From Zootoca vivipara (lineage: Eukaryota): DNA of 64,000 nucleotides. The translations under genes were made by a program, and so were the position numbers. Positions 1 to 12,730 of this stretch are shown here, piece after piece. The stretch is from contig NC_083277.1 in assembly GCF_963506605.1 (NCBI RefSeq), forward strand, positions 27,404,001-27,468,000, in the 5' to 3' direction. Numbering within the stretch: the stretch's first letter is position 1; each line of letters begins with the position of its first letter. The notes under the pieces were generated by a model. That model made no database searches. It had not been told where the DNA came from and saw only the letters and a program-made list of their open reading frames with translations.

Positions 1-426
1 TCCAGAGAGCCATCTTTTCCCATTGTCCCTTTGAGCTTTCAGATCTGACACAATTAAAAACAGGAGGTCAGGTTACTGCTCAAAATTGAATGATTTTATG
101 CCACTTACTAATGCTGGCTCCTTGTGGGCCAACTGAAAAGAGTGATCTCTCTCATAGGCATTCATGCCCCTTACAATCATAAGGCACCTGAAAACCATAT
201 TAACATAAGCATATTTTCTCCATCTCTTCTGCTAATGTTCAGAGGACATGACCTAACAGTTGTTCTTTTTATTCTCCAGGAATGGCCTCTGCCTTTTGGG
301 TCTCTTAACTTGATTGCTGTTTGTTTTAATTATGTTTTGAGTGGTGCTCCAGATTCTTTATTGCCTTGTTGTGTGACTGGTGAAGACCCTTGGCTAAGGA
401 ATTTGTCCTTAAGGGTTTTAAATTGG

Positions 427-471
<45 letters not shown>
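427..471. repeat. (AAT)n microsatellite
   Basis: Pure ATA/AAT run; explains the poly-Ile/poly-Leu ORFs here. Confidence 0.95.
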
Positions 472-472
<1 letters not shown>

Positions 473-1006
473 CTTTAGCGCTTTGGATGAGATGTAGGGG
501 AAGGTCACGGTTTACCAACACAACAAATGGCAATTTTTTTGGCATCTGGGCTTGTTTTATTTGAGATTTTGCAAGCACCGACTGCTTCTATAAAGCTTAT
601 AGCTGGGATAATGGAAAACCACCCAAGCTGGTGGATTCCAAGCTACCTGCTTGCAGCAATAACACCAGGATTAATTGGCTCCACTATTTTCTTGTTCCAG
701 AAGGCAGCGTCACATTACCATTTTTGCAGCTGGATTAAGAAGAAGAATTAATATTTTAACATAGAAAGGTTTTACTGGAGTTTCCAGAAATGGAAGGTGC
801 CTCGGAGTTTGCAGAGGCCCAATGTGATCATAGAATACTGCAGAAAGTAAAACAGTTGTGATGTAAAAGAGGGAGAGAGGGGGAAAAACCCTCCATGTAA
901 CAGGATTTTGTCATGTGGTGGGTATTATAGAGTGGTGGGCCTTGGGTTTTTATTGTAAATCCACACTGAACATGAGGATTGGGTGGAGCAAACCTCAAAG
1001 TGGGCA

Positions 1007-1219
1007 CAGGGCCGTCTTAAACGCCCCTGCCACTGTGGTGCGCCGGATCTCTCCGGCGCCCTCCCGCCCCGTTTCCCAGCGCAGTGGGCGGGTGGGCGCA
1101 GCGGCGCGGCGGACCAGCGGATCGGCCGGCCAGCGGGCGGGCGCAGCTCGCGGCGCCTTTCTGGCGGGCCGGCGCCATGGTGCCCTGCGCCACCGGGGGT
1201 CTACCTAGAGCCGGGCCTG
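1007..1219. mobile_element. GC-rich non-autonomous hAT element (MITE)
   Basis: Perfect 8-bp TSD AGTGGGCA (999-1006, 1220-1227); imperfect TIRs CAGGGCCGTCTTA / TAGAGCCGGGCCTG. Confidence 0.85.
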
Positions 1220-1375
1220 AGTGGGCAGCCCCACTCACCTACCTGTCAAAGTTGGACCATGCGCAGGGGGAGAAGTAGGGATCTGGCCCACCTGCTAGAT
1301 CCAGTTCCTCTCTCCTGTATTTGGGCAAAAGAGCTACAGAAGTGTCTGGAGCAGAAAGACTGAATGGGTACTAAG

Positions 1376-1654
1376 TACCCTCCAACATTTCTCTGATGAA
1401 AATAGAGGTGTCCTAAGGAAAAGCCAACCTAGCAGTTTGAAAGCACATCAAAATGCAAATAGATAAATAGGAACCGCTACAGCGGGAAGGTAAACGGCGT
1501 TTCCATGTGCTGCTCTGGTTTGCCAGAAGCGGCTTTGTCATGCTGGCCACATGATTAAGGAAATGCAGGATATTCTGGGATCAAATCATAAACTGTGATG
1601 GCTTCTGTAAATCTGGGACTGTCCCTGGAAAATAGGGACACTTGGGGGGAATGG
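1376..1654. mobile_element. hAT-like MITE (ACCCTCCAACATTT.../...GGGACACTTGG family) interrupted by a Sauria SINE fragment
   Basis: Matches the uninterrupted copy at about 21234-21373; GGGAC/GTCCC subterminal motifs. Confidence 0.7.
1423..1554 (+). mobile_element. Internal fragment of Sauria SINE
   Basis: Near-identical to the middle of the full copy at 41609-41954; flanked by TAAGGAAA on both sides. Confidence 0.9.
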
Positions 1655-1790
1655 TAGATGTTTGATCCTCCATTCGCCTACTGTCTTACTAGTTCTCCCT
1701 TCCTGAAGCTGTTTTGCTATAATAGAATAGCTATTTGGATTCCGTTGCATACATTCATGTATACAACAAGTCCCTTTGCCATAAGTTTAA

Positions 1791-1793
<3 letters not shown>

Positions 1794-1823
<30 letters not shown>
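1794..1823. repeat. (TG)n microsatellite
   Basis: TG run. Confidence 0.95.
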
Positions 1824-1826
<3 letters not shown>

Positions 1827-2526
1827 TACACTATGATTGGCCAAAATGATGTCAATGCTGTCAGCAGACAGCTGGGACATTGTGATGGTGGTGAGAAACA
1901 CGCCCAGCGGAATAGTGTATGTTCTGCTTGCACCGGCTTGGGCTTCTCTTTCAAATGTGGCTCTTCCTTTGTTTAAAATGCAGTGACTGAGCAGCCGTGC
2001 AGCTAAGTAACAGCCAGGTCAGACCCATCAACCTGATACCTCACATAAGACCTAAAAATGAAGCAACCTATTAAAGTAAACCCAGGTGAGAGAGACATCA
2101 GCCATAGATCTGCTGAATGTTTTCAGGGAAGTTGCTTTATTTCCGGCAGAGTCCTCTCTTTCACACAAATGATTCTGCAGCTCTGTTCTGCTCACAACAA
2201 GGTTACAGCTGTGTTGTCAGCTGCTGTGTTATGGGGCCTGGGGGCCTGAGGATCTCATGAGTGGTTGACCCAAGAGGTTGGAACTGTGAATGTCTTAATG
2301 ACATCCTGAAATAGAAACAAGTTGCAGCACTGAAAAATCATACTGACATCTGTAAGTCAACAGTGAATCTGGTTGCTTGAAGCAGTGCAACTGTTGTTTC
2401 TGTTTGTAAAAAAATGATCCTATTCTACAACGTGGATTGTAAAACAATCTTCCTTTACAGCACTGATCTTCAGCTAGTGATTTGGGACCCATTTGGTGGA
2501 GTTCTACCACCACTGTTATCTTTTGG

Positions 2527-2935
2527 TGTTGAGGGGTACAGATTTGGTTGGGCCTACCCCTCATGGTTGCTGCTGCCTTTAGGGGTATTCCTTTAAAGGA
2601 ATCCTGGGGCTATACATGTAGTCCGTGTATCCCTGCCAGGGGCCAGGGCCACGCTGAGCCTCGGGGAGCATCTGAGGGATGAGGTCTAAGGCGTGGTCCC
2701 CTGCCCAGATCTCTCCTGGTAAGGATGCTTACCTACTGGCTCCCCTACTAGGCTAGTGGGAGTCAGATCTGTCCCAGGCGGGGGACAGACGGCAAGAACC
2801 AATGCCTAAGCAACCACTCACATTCAGTTGTATTTAAATAAAGTTGTGGCCAAATTAATGCCTAAAACCTTAAACTTAAAATATGGTGTGAGGTGTGAGT
2901 TATTGGGGGGATGTCTTGGTACCTCGGCACGCAAC
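2527..2935 (+). mobile_element. Probable solo LTR (Gypsy-like), degraded ends
   Basis: Starts TGTTG, ends GCAAC; AATAAAGTTGTGGCC polyA motif at about 2837; no clean TSD. Confidence 0.45.
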
Positions 2936-3481
2936 TCCCAACTCCCTCCCACTAGCCTGTGCCATGCAAATGATGGTCATGCAGGTGGGAGTGTTGCTGG
3001 AAGGATGCCAATCAACAGCAGCCATAAGCAGACCCACCCTCAAATGGGTCATTTCAGAGACGGGGGTAGGCAGCTGAGCAAGCCTGAAATCACAGACAGC
3101 ATCAGGCCCAAACCAGGATGAATCGCTGCACTAGTTGCAGGCTGGCATGGCAATGTTACCACCCTGGCCATTGTTGACAGCAGGCCTTTGGCTCTGCCAC
3201 TCCATAAATCCCCACTGGCAGGTGTGGGTGGGGGAAGAGTTGGATTGTAGCCTTGTAACCTTGGAGTTGAGGGTGCCATTTATTGACAACTCTTTCTAGA
3301 AATGGCTTTCCATGGTCTCAGGCAGAGGACTATCCTGTAAGCTGCTACCTGGTCCTTTCAGCTGGGGATGCTATTAAAAATGGAACTTTATGCAGCATGT
3401 GCTCTACCACTAAGCCATGACTCTTTGCCCCTGTTTCCTAAATACTACTGCTTCAGCATTAACTAGTACCATAATCTAATA

Positions 3482-3804
3482 CAGGGGTCAGCAACCTTTT
3501 TCAGCTGTAGGCTGGTCCACCGTCCCTCAGACCAGGTGGTGGGCCAGACTATATTTTGGGGGAAAAATAATGAACAAATTCTTATGCCCCACAAATAACC
3601 CAGAGATGCATTTTAAATTAAAGCACACATTCTACTCATGTAAAAACACCAGGCAGGCCCCACAAATAACCCAGGGATGCATTTTAAATAAAAGGACACA
3701 TTCTACTCATGGAATAACATGCTGATTCCCGGACAGTCCGCAGGCCGGATTGAGAAGGTGATTGGGCCTCATCCGGCCTCCGAGCCTTAGGTTGCCTACC
3801 CCTG
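3482..3804. mobile_element. hAT-Charlie/Buster-type MITE with internal ~70-bp tandem duplication
   Basis: TIR CAGGGGTCAGCAACC / GGTTGCCTACCCCTG; perfect TSD ATCTAATA; same family as 7919-8168. Confidence 0.9.
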
Positions 3805-5061
3805 ATCTAATAGGTGTGATAGAAAGACTGATTTACTCATCATTTTCAGATAGCTCAGAATGTGATGAAACTTTAGGTGATGTTGGACTGTATCTCATTG
3901 GGATGCTTCTTTTTAAATATAAAAAAGCACCTGAAAGTGTAGAAATAGGCTATGATAGAAGGATTAGCAAGAAAGTTGGCACAGTGTGCAAAAAGAGTAA
4001 ACCCAAAGCAACTGTTTAAAATAATAAAACGCTACAGTTGCCTAGCCACTGCAAACCAGCCATGCATTCATAGGCTGAAACATGTGTTGTTCTCATGAGC
4101 CACCCTAAATCTCCATCGCAGACCAAATATATGGGAGAAAAGCAGGCCTAGTTGAAAACACTTAATCCTTTTAACAAAATTGCCAATTAAAAACACAGTT
4201 TTTTTTCATATTCCAGAAAACCTAGCCATCTGTCTTGCCACTTAATCCTGTAAATAAGAGAGAAAATAAAGGGATACTAATTTTATTGACGCTTTAACGG
4301 TAGGAAACAAAATTGCAGAGTTCCCTGGTGCTGACAAATACCTCTCCTGGCTCCTTTCAAAAGCATGATTGCATTCTTGCAAAACTGTAAATTAATGAGT
4401 TAGAGAAAATCCATGCTTAGGCGAGCAAGGCCCGGGGCGCCAAGCCAGGTGTTCCAGTTCTAATCTCAACACTTTCAAAAAGCCCTAGGAAGCACCGCCA
4501 CTGTCTGCCTCAGTTTCCCTTGGGGCACCTGTCATGTCCCACCACCAATGCCATCCTGGTCCCCCCACGTTCAATTTTTCTTGGTGCTCTAGTCAGTGTT
4601 GGACAGCAGGGCCTGACTGCCATTGTAATTCCCCACAGTTCCTGGAGCGGCATTACATCAGATCCATTGTGGGAATTTAGCTATAGCTCCAGAGGCTTGG
4701 TGCTGCTTGGAATACTGATGCCCACTGCCAGGCAAGCCCACCTGGGTCTACCTATAGAGAAGGAAGTTCAGGACCATGAAGGGCAGTCTCAAGCCAGCTC
4801 TGCCCATTATCATAGAATCATAGAGTTGGAAGGGATACCATGGAAACCAGGGCCTAGAATTCAAGGCCTTCTTCCTGCTGTGCAAATTGGTGATAAGTTC
4901 TTAAGGCAGATTTGTTTTTGTGTTTACAGATTAGATGTGAACAGGGAGGCATACCCTACGGTTTACTAGAAGCATCCCTTGTAATTATCAGTAGCTGTTT
5001 CCTCATGTTTTAATTTTGTTGTTATTGTTATGACACCAATCAGTCACAGGCTTCTTAAGGC

Positions 5062-5062
<1 letters not shown>

Positions 5063-5110
<48 letters not shown>

Positions 5111-5225
5111 TGCCACCCATCTGACTGGGTTGCCCTAGCAAAATATGTTGGTTCCCAACAAAATATGAAAACACATAAAACCTCAAGCAATAAAAACCTC
5201 CCTATACAGGGCTGCCTTCAAAGAG
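5063..5225 (-). mobile_element. L2 LINE 3' end with (AAT)n tail
   Basis: (AAT)n followed by CCACCCATCTG...CAGGGCTGCCTTCA, homologous to the L2 copies at 11.1 and 20.4 kb. Confidence 0.75.
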
Positions 5226-5743
5226 ACTTGTGTGAAAGAAGCCAGCACCACCCACTAGATATCTGCATGGCCAAGTTAAGATTCCCAGGATGCTTTGCCC
5301 TTTATTTTAATAGATTGGCATGCCTTTGCTTCCATTCCTAGCAGGACTGATGTCTTTACAATTTATTGTTCCCTGCCCTTGGCATTGTAATAATCATCTG
5401 AGCAAAAAAGGGATTTGTCCATGTAGGAAAGCTACACTAGAGCTTATGATCTGGGCCAAGCCTTCAGCTGCTATCGAGAGAGAAAATGATGACATTAACT
5501 GAATAACTACAGTGTATTTCTGGAGCTGAAGAAACGTCACCCCACCACACTTGAGATGTAAATTTTGTGTTATTATCCACACAGCTCAAGCTGTCCCTGC
5601 CAAATGAGGTGGCACAACACTTTGGGCACCGTTACATTTAAAAAACAAACAGAAACCAAAACTTTCCGGGGATGATTACAAAAGCTTTACCTGCTGTTTG
5701 GAAAAGCAGATGGGAAAAGGAGAGAAGGCTGCATTGCCTAGAC

Positions 5744-6129
5744 CAGGCGTTGGCAATGTTTTCTGCCCATGGGCTGGAGGATTCCCATGGACTATTGTCC
5801 GTGGGCCGGACATGGACCGCACAGGTGCAGAAGCGATTTCTGGTGCTGCGCTGCCATGTCCCAAACACCAGAAATGGCTTCTGCGCATGTCCACTGCTGC
5901 GCAGAAGAAATTTCCGGTGCTGGCTGCCCATTTCCAAAATGTCCGCAGCGCCAGAAATCGCTTCTGTGGCTGCATAGATGTGATTTCTGGCACTGCTTGG
6001 TGAGTCCCCGCGCCGCACTGCGCCAGTTTACTGCAGCATGCAGGGGACTTGCCGAGCGGGCGGCTCGGTTCATGGGCGGCCTGTGGGCCGGATAAACGGC
6101 CTCCATGGGCCGGAGGTTGCCGGTGCCTG
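5744..6129. mobile_element. hAT-Charlie/Buster-type MITE
   Basis: Perfect TSD GCCTAGAC; TIR CAGGCGTTGGCAA / TTGCCGGTGCCTG; internal inverted repeats. Confidence 0.9.
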
Positions 6130-7918
6130 GCCTAGACTGTCACCATGATATCATCGTAAAAATCAAAGTGTCAAGGGTGACTGTCTGCAGAATATTAAGG
6201 ACTTTGCTTTTGTGGAGCCAAAACATTTGTGAGGTGCTGTATGATGGAGCTGTTCCTGGTGCTGGATAGCCTATTATGAAAGACTTGGCATACGTTTTCA
6301 GTTATTTACACACCCATCCCCTCTTTTTAGACATAGTGGGGTCATTATGTGGTATGTGGGGGCACATACACCCTCAGAGCTTAATTACATAAATGAAGTT
6401 TGGCTTAAAGCTTTGGAAATAGTTGGACAAGGACCTCCCAGTAACCTGACTATTACGGGTTTGGGTAGTCGGCAGCCATTGAACTCAAGAAGGCTCACCA
6501 TGATCTGGCCCCCTTAGTTGATAGTTCAGGGACAGGATCTGTTTCCTCTTCATCCCAGTAAGTAACTGGAATAATAGACCACTTGCAAGTGAGCCGGATG
6601 AGGCCTCCGCCCTGCTTCCCAGGTGCTGGATCATTCTGAAGCAGCAGTGGCACGAGTTCCCTCTGACACTGCAGTGGCTCATGCTGATCTGTGGGACTGA
6701 GTTGCTTAGCTACCTTTCGCACCTGCTGCTTCTCATGTGAGACAAAATGCAATGTTCCCCACTTAAAGACATCTTTGGTGCGACAAAAAGAGGGACCAGG
6801 ATGCACACTTAACATTTCCTTCCTGTGCCATTATCTTCTCTGTCACCTCCAAAATCCAGTGCGTGTCCCCTGAAGTGAGAGGTCCACAAAATCAGTTTCG
6901 GGTGAGACATGGAAGGCATAAGATGCACAAATCAGTTTTGCTTTCTCTGCTTCTCTGCTTATTGTCACATCCAATACCTGGCCTGCTATAGTTTGCATTA
7001 TATTTGTTGTGTTTAAACCAGACTATTTCTCTAATAGGAACTGACTCTTTAAGTTATTGAAACCTTTGCACGGCTGTACCCTGCTATCATCATATTTTAA
7101 ATCCTCAAAAATACCCCCTGGATTTAAGCAAGACATGTCGTAGTTGAAGATTGCTGTTTGGGTTTAATTGCATTGTCCTGAGAGGCAGAGTTTATATGTC
7201 AATTTGGTGCACATAGTCTAGGAATACCGCATATTATAATGTTGCCAAGAGAGTGCCCCAGAATAACGATAATGATGAGAGATAGCATATGAGACACTCA
7301 AAAGGCAATTGACACTGAAGGAGCTTGTTGGAGAGCCTAGATAATGAGATATGGGCCTAAAGGGAATATGAAATAATTCTCTTTTTTCCTGTAAGGTGCC
7401 ACCACCAGCTCTCTCACCATGTTTGTTAAATACCTTCTGAGGAATCTTATATGGAAGCAGTCCCTGGGATTTTCAGACATTCTTTTTTTGAAATCACGCT
7501 GAGCTAAGAAGCATTTCTTTCTCCCCCCCAAAAAATTCTTGATAAAATTGAATTGGGTTAAGAGAAGTGGCAAGGACTTTCAAGGAATCTGGGCAGCTCC
7601 TTCCTGTTTGTCATTGGGACTCTCCTAATCCACCTAGGGATGGGTGAATCAGTCTGTGTCCAAACCCTTTTACATTTCTGTGTGTCACCCATTGTTAGTC
7701 AGTTTTAGATTCTTCATATCCTGCCTTTCATACCTCCCAAAAAGACTCTTTCAAATGGTAAAATACAACTTGCAGAAATGGGAGACTATCATATCTGAAC
7801 ATTGTTAAAACAGGAAACCTAAACACAACACAGACTTTCCTCCGCCTGAAAGCGAAAGCGAAAACTCTCTTCCCCCACCCACCCGAGAAACGTATTCAAA
7901 GAAATAGTAGATCTAACC

Positions 7919-8168
7919 CAGGGGTCTCCAAACTAAGGCCCAGGGGCCAGATGCGGCCCAATCACCTTCTAAATCCGGCCCGCAGATGGTCTGGGAATCA
8001 GCATGTTTTTACATGAGTAGAATGTGTCCTTTTATTTAAAATGCATCTCTAGCTTATTTGTGGGGCATAGGAATTCATTCATTTTTTTTTTCAAAATATA
8101 GTCCGGCCCCCCACAAGGTCTGAGGGACAGTGGACTGGCCCCCTACTGAAAAAGTTTGCTGACCCCTG
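7919..8168. mobile_element. hAT-Charlie/Buster-type MITE (inverted relative to 3482-3804)
   Basis: Perfect TSD ATCTAACC; TIR CAGGGGTC...GACCCCTG. Confidence 0.9.
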
Positions 8169-8357
8169 ATCTAACCTTTCTCCAATATGGTTGCCGCCTC
8201 ATGGCTTCTTATAAGAGTCCTAGGTTAGACCAGTAGGGAATGAAAGATGGAAAAGCTCACCTCTGATGGTTTCAAACACAGCATCCCCCCTGTAGTCTGT
8301 TCTGTCCCATTTCTGTGATTTTATTTTTTAAAACTTAGCTGCCAGTGAACTCATACT

Positions 8358-8535
8358 CACTGGCATAGCTTCATGCTCCGCCACTGGGGGCGGAGGGCAG
8401 GAGGGGGCAGGACGGGGCTTGCGTTTTGGGGGCAGGGCACCCAGCGCGGGGGGGGGGGCAGCCACTATGGCGCCCTCCGAATTACACACTGCCCGGGGCG
8501 GAGCTCCCCTACGCCCTTCCCTTGCTACGCCCCTG
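8358..8535. mobile_element. GC-rich hAT MITE (CAGTGGCGTAGC-type TIR)
   Basis: Perfect TSD CTCATACT; ends CACTGGCATAGC / GCTACGCCCCTG. Confidence 0.85.
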
Positions 8536-8732
8536 CTCATACTCATTGTTAATGGACCCCAACTTAGCTAGGAGACAAATGGGACTAGTTCACAGAAGAG
8601 AAAATGTATTTGGGAGGATAGTTTCCATAAAAGGTGAGTAAAAGTGCTTGCGCATTCAGCATACCAGATGGGTGGGATTTTCATATGTTGAAGGAAGATG
8701 AGTTTTGGAACCCACAAGGGCTTATTTTAAAG

Positions 8733-8872
8733 CAGGCATAGGCAAACTCTGGCGCTCCGGATGTTTTGAGACTACAGTTCCCATAATCCCTGAAGTCTCA
8801 GGTCCCGTTAGCTAGGGATGATGGGAATTGCGGTTCCAAAACATCTGGAGGGCCAGAGTTTGCCTATGCCTG
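8733..8872. mobile_element. Palindromic ~140-bp hAT MITE
   Basis: Perfect TSD TTTTAAAG; long TIR CAGGCATAGGCAAACTCTGGC. Confidence 0.92.
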
Positions 8873-9434
8873 TTTTAAAGGTTTGTCAGTCTATATTTCC
8901 ATGCTTTACTTTGCTGAATATTTTGTGAATGGAAATCTCTCCCGGGATTCTCTTACCAAAGAGTACTTGCCCCAAACTTGGATTTTGGCATTCAGGAATT
9001 AATTCATATATATATATATTGCTTGAAGCAACCATAAGGGCAATTGGGGATTGATTCAATTGGCTGAGCTAAAGCAATGGCACACCAGTGATGTCACCAC
9101 ATTGACAATGCTGGTGCCTATGTAGTGCTGTGGTGTCATTCTGTTGACTATGTGATCCCCAATTGGTTAGGATCATCCACAAAATTAACAACAAGGAAGA
9201 TGCAATGGGGTGGGGATGTCACTGAAGCAGCAAAGAAGGCAGCAAAAGTAGTAGATATCAATTACATCAAAAAGAGAGTACTGTACTGTGTGTTATTAGG
9301 GATTTGACAGGAGTGGCCTTTGTGGTGCTGTACTGTGGCCCTCCTGACAGTAGCATTGCCCAAACAGCCCTTGCCTGTCCTAGTAAATATCATCAATGCC
9401 ACTCTCGGGAGAGTGGTGGCATTGCATCACCGTT

Positions 9435-9789
9435 GGGACGCGGGTGGCGCTGTGGGTTAAACCACAGAGCCTAGGGCTTGCCGATCGGAAGGTCAGCGGT
9501 TCGAATCCCCAAGACGGGGTGAGCTCCCGTTACTCAGTCCCAGCTCCTGCCAACCTAGCAGTTCAAAAGCACGTCAAAGTGCAAGTAGATAAATAGATAC
9601 TGCTCCAAGCGGGAAGGTAAATGGTGTTTCTGTGTGCTGCTCTGGTTCACCAGAAGCGGCTTTGTCATGCTGGCCACATGACCTGGAAGCTGTACACCGG
9701 CTCCCTCGGCCAATGACGCGAGATGAGCCCCGCAACCCCAGAGTCGGTCATGACTGGACCTAATGGTCAGGGGTCCCTTTACCTTTACC
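9435..9789 (+). mobile_element. Sauria SINE (Squam1), full length
   Basis: tRNA-like head with A box (TGGCGCTGTGG) and B box (GGTTCGAATCC), Bov-B-like 3' region, (ACCTTT)n tail. Confidence 0.92.
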
Positions 9790-10532
9790 CGCCCCTGGGA
9801 TCTGGAGGGAGGGATATTTTGACCTTGGAAGCTCCATTTTAGCCTGAAAATCCAAATCGACAAACGTTTCATTCACCCCATAAATGCTGCCTGCTGCCTG
9901 TCACCTGCAAACCCTCCAGCTCTGCTCACATGGCATTCACTGAGGTTTTATCCTGTCATGGTTTGTTCACAAGCATCATAATTAGCACGGAAGAAGCCAT
10001 AGAGATAATTAAGATTTCTCTTGATGGCACACCACATAAAAGTGATAATGACAAAGTTTAAATTAGGTAATGAACGAAGTAAGGCACACTTAAACTTGTG
10101 TTTAAACTTTAAATGCTCCTTTTGTTTGGTCCGTACGTTTGTCAGCTGAATAAATCATACACATCACAGCATGAATAAGTTGATAAGGCACCATATGGCT
10201 AAGCAACGTTTAAACATGACTGGTTGGGTATGAAATGCTGCCACCGGGTAGGTCTGTGGGGATATTCACCTAGAGGTGGCAATATCAAAACCAGTTATTA
10301 GAGCTGACTAGGACGTTGCGAAATGAGCCAAGATATTCTGAAGCATGGCGGACTCACGATCATAGTTTCTCTCTGCTTCTGCTATTTTGTCTCTGTCTCG
10401 GCTATTTTCTTGGGATTTGGAGATCACGGTCCCCACAGAGTCCTCAATTCACATAATACACCTAAAGTGTGGAACATTTCAAAGTGTTGGTGTTGAAGTA
10501 CTTGAAAGCCCAAAATGATTTTAAAGATAACT

Positions 10533-10537
<5 letters not shown>

Positions 10538-10596
<59 letters not shown>
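10538..10596. repeat. (GA)n microsatellite
   Basis: GA run. Confidence 0.95.
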
Positions 10597-10600
<4 letters not shown>

Positions 10601-10960
10601 GAAGAGCTCCAAAAGGACTTCTCCAAGCTGAATGGGTGGGTAGTAAAATGGCAAATGAAATTCAATGCAGACAAGTGTAATGTGATGCTGCCAGGGCAAA
10701 AAAACAAAAACAAAACGAAAAACCCCTTAATTTCACATACTGTATACACTCATGGAGTCAGAACTGACAGTGACCGACCAGGAGTGAGACCTTGGTGTCA
10801 TAATGGATAGCTCAGTGAAGATGTCAACCCAGTGTGAAAAAGGCAAATTCCATGCTGCGGATCATTTGGGATGAAATAGAAAATCAAATTGCCAATACCA
10901 TAGTGCTGTTATACAACTCTACAGCGTGACTGCAGTTTAGACACTGTGTACAGTTGTGGA
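10595..10960 (+). mobile_element. CR1 LINE ORF2 fragment (RT C-terminal region), degenerate
   Basis: Translates DCEELQKDFSKLNGWVVKWQMKFNADKCNVM, the CR1 LQ.DL..L..W...WQM.FN..KC motif. Confidence 0.85.
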
Positions 10961-11041
10961 CAGTCAGTGAATGTGTGTGTGTGTGTGTGTGATTTTATTG
11001 GTTCCCCAAAAATGTGCATTGTCTTTTTTTCAAGTCGTATA

Positions 11042-11621
11042 CAGTGGTACCTCCGGTTAAGAACTTAATTCATTCCGGATTCTTAATTCTTAACCTGAAA
11101 CTGTTCTTAACCTGAGGTACCACTTTAGTAATAATAATAATAATAATTTATTATTTATACCCCACCCATCTGGCCGGGTTCCCCCAGCCACTCTGGGCGG
11201 CTTCCAACGGAATATTAAAATACAGAAATCCATCAAACATTAAAAGCTTCCCTAAACAGGGCTGCCTTGAGATGCTTTCTAAAGGTCTGGTAATTGTTAT
11301 TCTCTTTGACCTCTGGTGGGAGGGCATTCCACAGGGCGGGTGCCACTACCGAGAAGGCCCTCTGCCTGGTTCCCTGTAATTTGGCTTCTCGTAGCGAGGG
11401 AACCGCCAGAAGGCCCTCGGCGCTGGAACTCAGTGTCTGGGCAGAACAATGGGGGAGGAGACGCTCCTTCAGGTATACTGGACCGAGGGGCCTCCTGCTG
11501 CCGCTGCGCTGCCAAAGCACGATTTCTGTTCTCATCCTGAAGCAAAGTTCTTAACCTGAGGTACTATTTGTGTGTTAGTGGAGTCTGTAACCTGAAGCAT
11601 CTGTAACCCAAGGTACCACTG
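11042..11621. mobile_element. Tc1/mariner-pogo (Tigger-like) MITE carrying an L2 insertion
   Basis: TA TSD; TIR CAGTGGTACCT / AGGTACCACTG; same family as 20896-21129. Confidence 0.88.
11129..11488 (-). mobile_element. Young L2 LINE 3' fragment
   Basis: ORF2 C-terminus RAFSVVAPALWNALP...FRKHLKAALFREAF; (AAT)n tail. Confidence 0.9.
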
Positions 11622-12730
11622 TAGTCCATTAACAAGCACACTGCAGCTTCAGTCTTAGTAGTTGGCTTAGAGGAATAGGGGCTCGGACAAGGTCTAAGTA
11701 AAGTTTGAAGGTGTCAGGAATATGGATGAACAGCATAATGAAGCTAAATGGGAACATCAGTGTCAGAAGGAGGGACAGAACCTAAGCAAGATTTAACATG
11801 GATGAAGTTTGGGGGGAGGCTGGTTGCAGCTTAGGGCTGAAGACCAGGCATCACTGGGGAGCAAGATATGGGAAAAATAAGAACTGAAGGCTGGAGCTAA
11901 GAAGTTGATTGCACAGGAGATATGGAAGGACTTTTCTTTGCCTCTAGGCTTATGCAGACAATTAAGAAAAACATGTTCCATAAGAGTGAGCTGGAGATCT
12001 GTTTTATTTATTTTTTAATTTTTCTTACTGTTTTAAAGACTTTGATTATATTATGAAATTGTAGTACACAGATTTTATTTTATTTTTACAAATGCATGAG
12101 TGAGTTGAAGAAATGAATAATAAAGGATGGTTTCTGAATGGTCAATAAATTGCAATGTGGCCCAACGATCGCTTTCTCCAAGACCAACGACTTCCCTAAA
12201 ATAATAAAGGTAAACATGGCCAGGATTGCTCCACGCATTATTCTGACTACTCAATACATTAAGAAAATTAAGAAAAAATAAGACATCATTTCCCATGCTT
12301 AAGCCACATTGATTTTATAAGCAGAGACATCTTTGAAAATTGTAGAGGCAAAAGTAATCTGTGTTAAGTGGTGACGCAAACATCTCAGTGGTGTAAACAT
12401 ATGGCTTCTATGATTCCCCCCCCCCCTCCAAACCACCATAAATGTCACTTGGGAAGGTTGAAATTACAAAGCAGGTTGGAACTGAAAAGCGATCTATGAA
12501 TCAGCTCAGACAATGACAGTATTTTGGAAAGGGTTTACCCATCGTCGTAACTCAGCAGCCCCAGCCCTTTACTCTGTTGTGTTGTTCTCGGTTTAATTAA
12601 AATACAATGTGTCTGCTGTTTCCTTTTGACTAATAAGTGATACATAGCCATAGCTGCACTTCTGCTATATGTCCCTAACAAGTCTTCAGTGAAAGGGATG
12701 CATATATGGCTTCTGACCTCCGGGGACAGT

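Noticed and set aside
124-578. Hydrophobic poly-Ile/Leu membrane-protein-like ORFs (also ER/SL/CV repeats elsewhere)
   Set aside because: Translations of microsatellites
915-1363. GC-rich ORFs, possible promoter CpG island
   Set aside because: The GC-rich part is exactly the 213-bp MITE bounded by AGTGGGCA duplications
5638-6106. ORFs in all six frames
   Set aside because: Palindromic MITE interior
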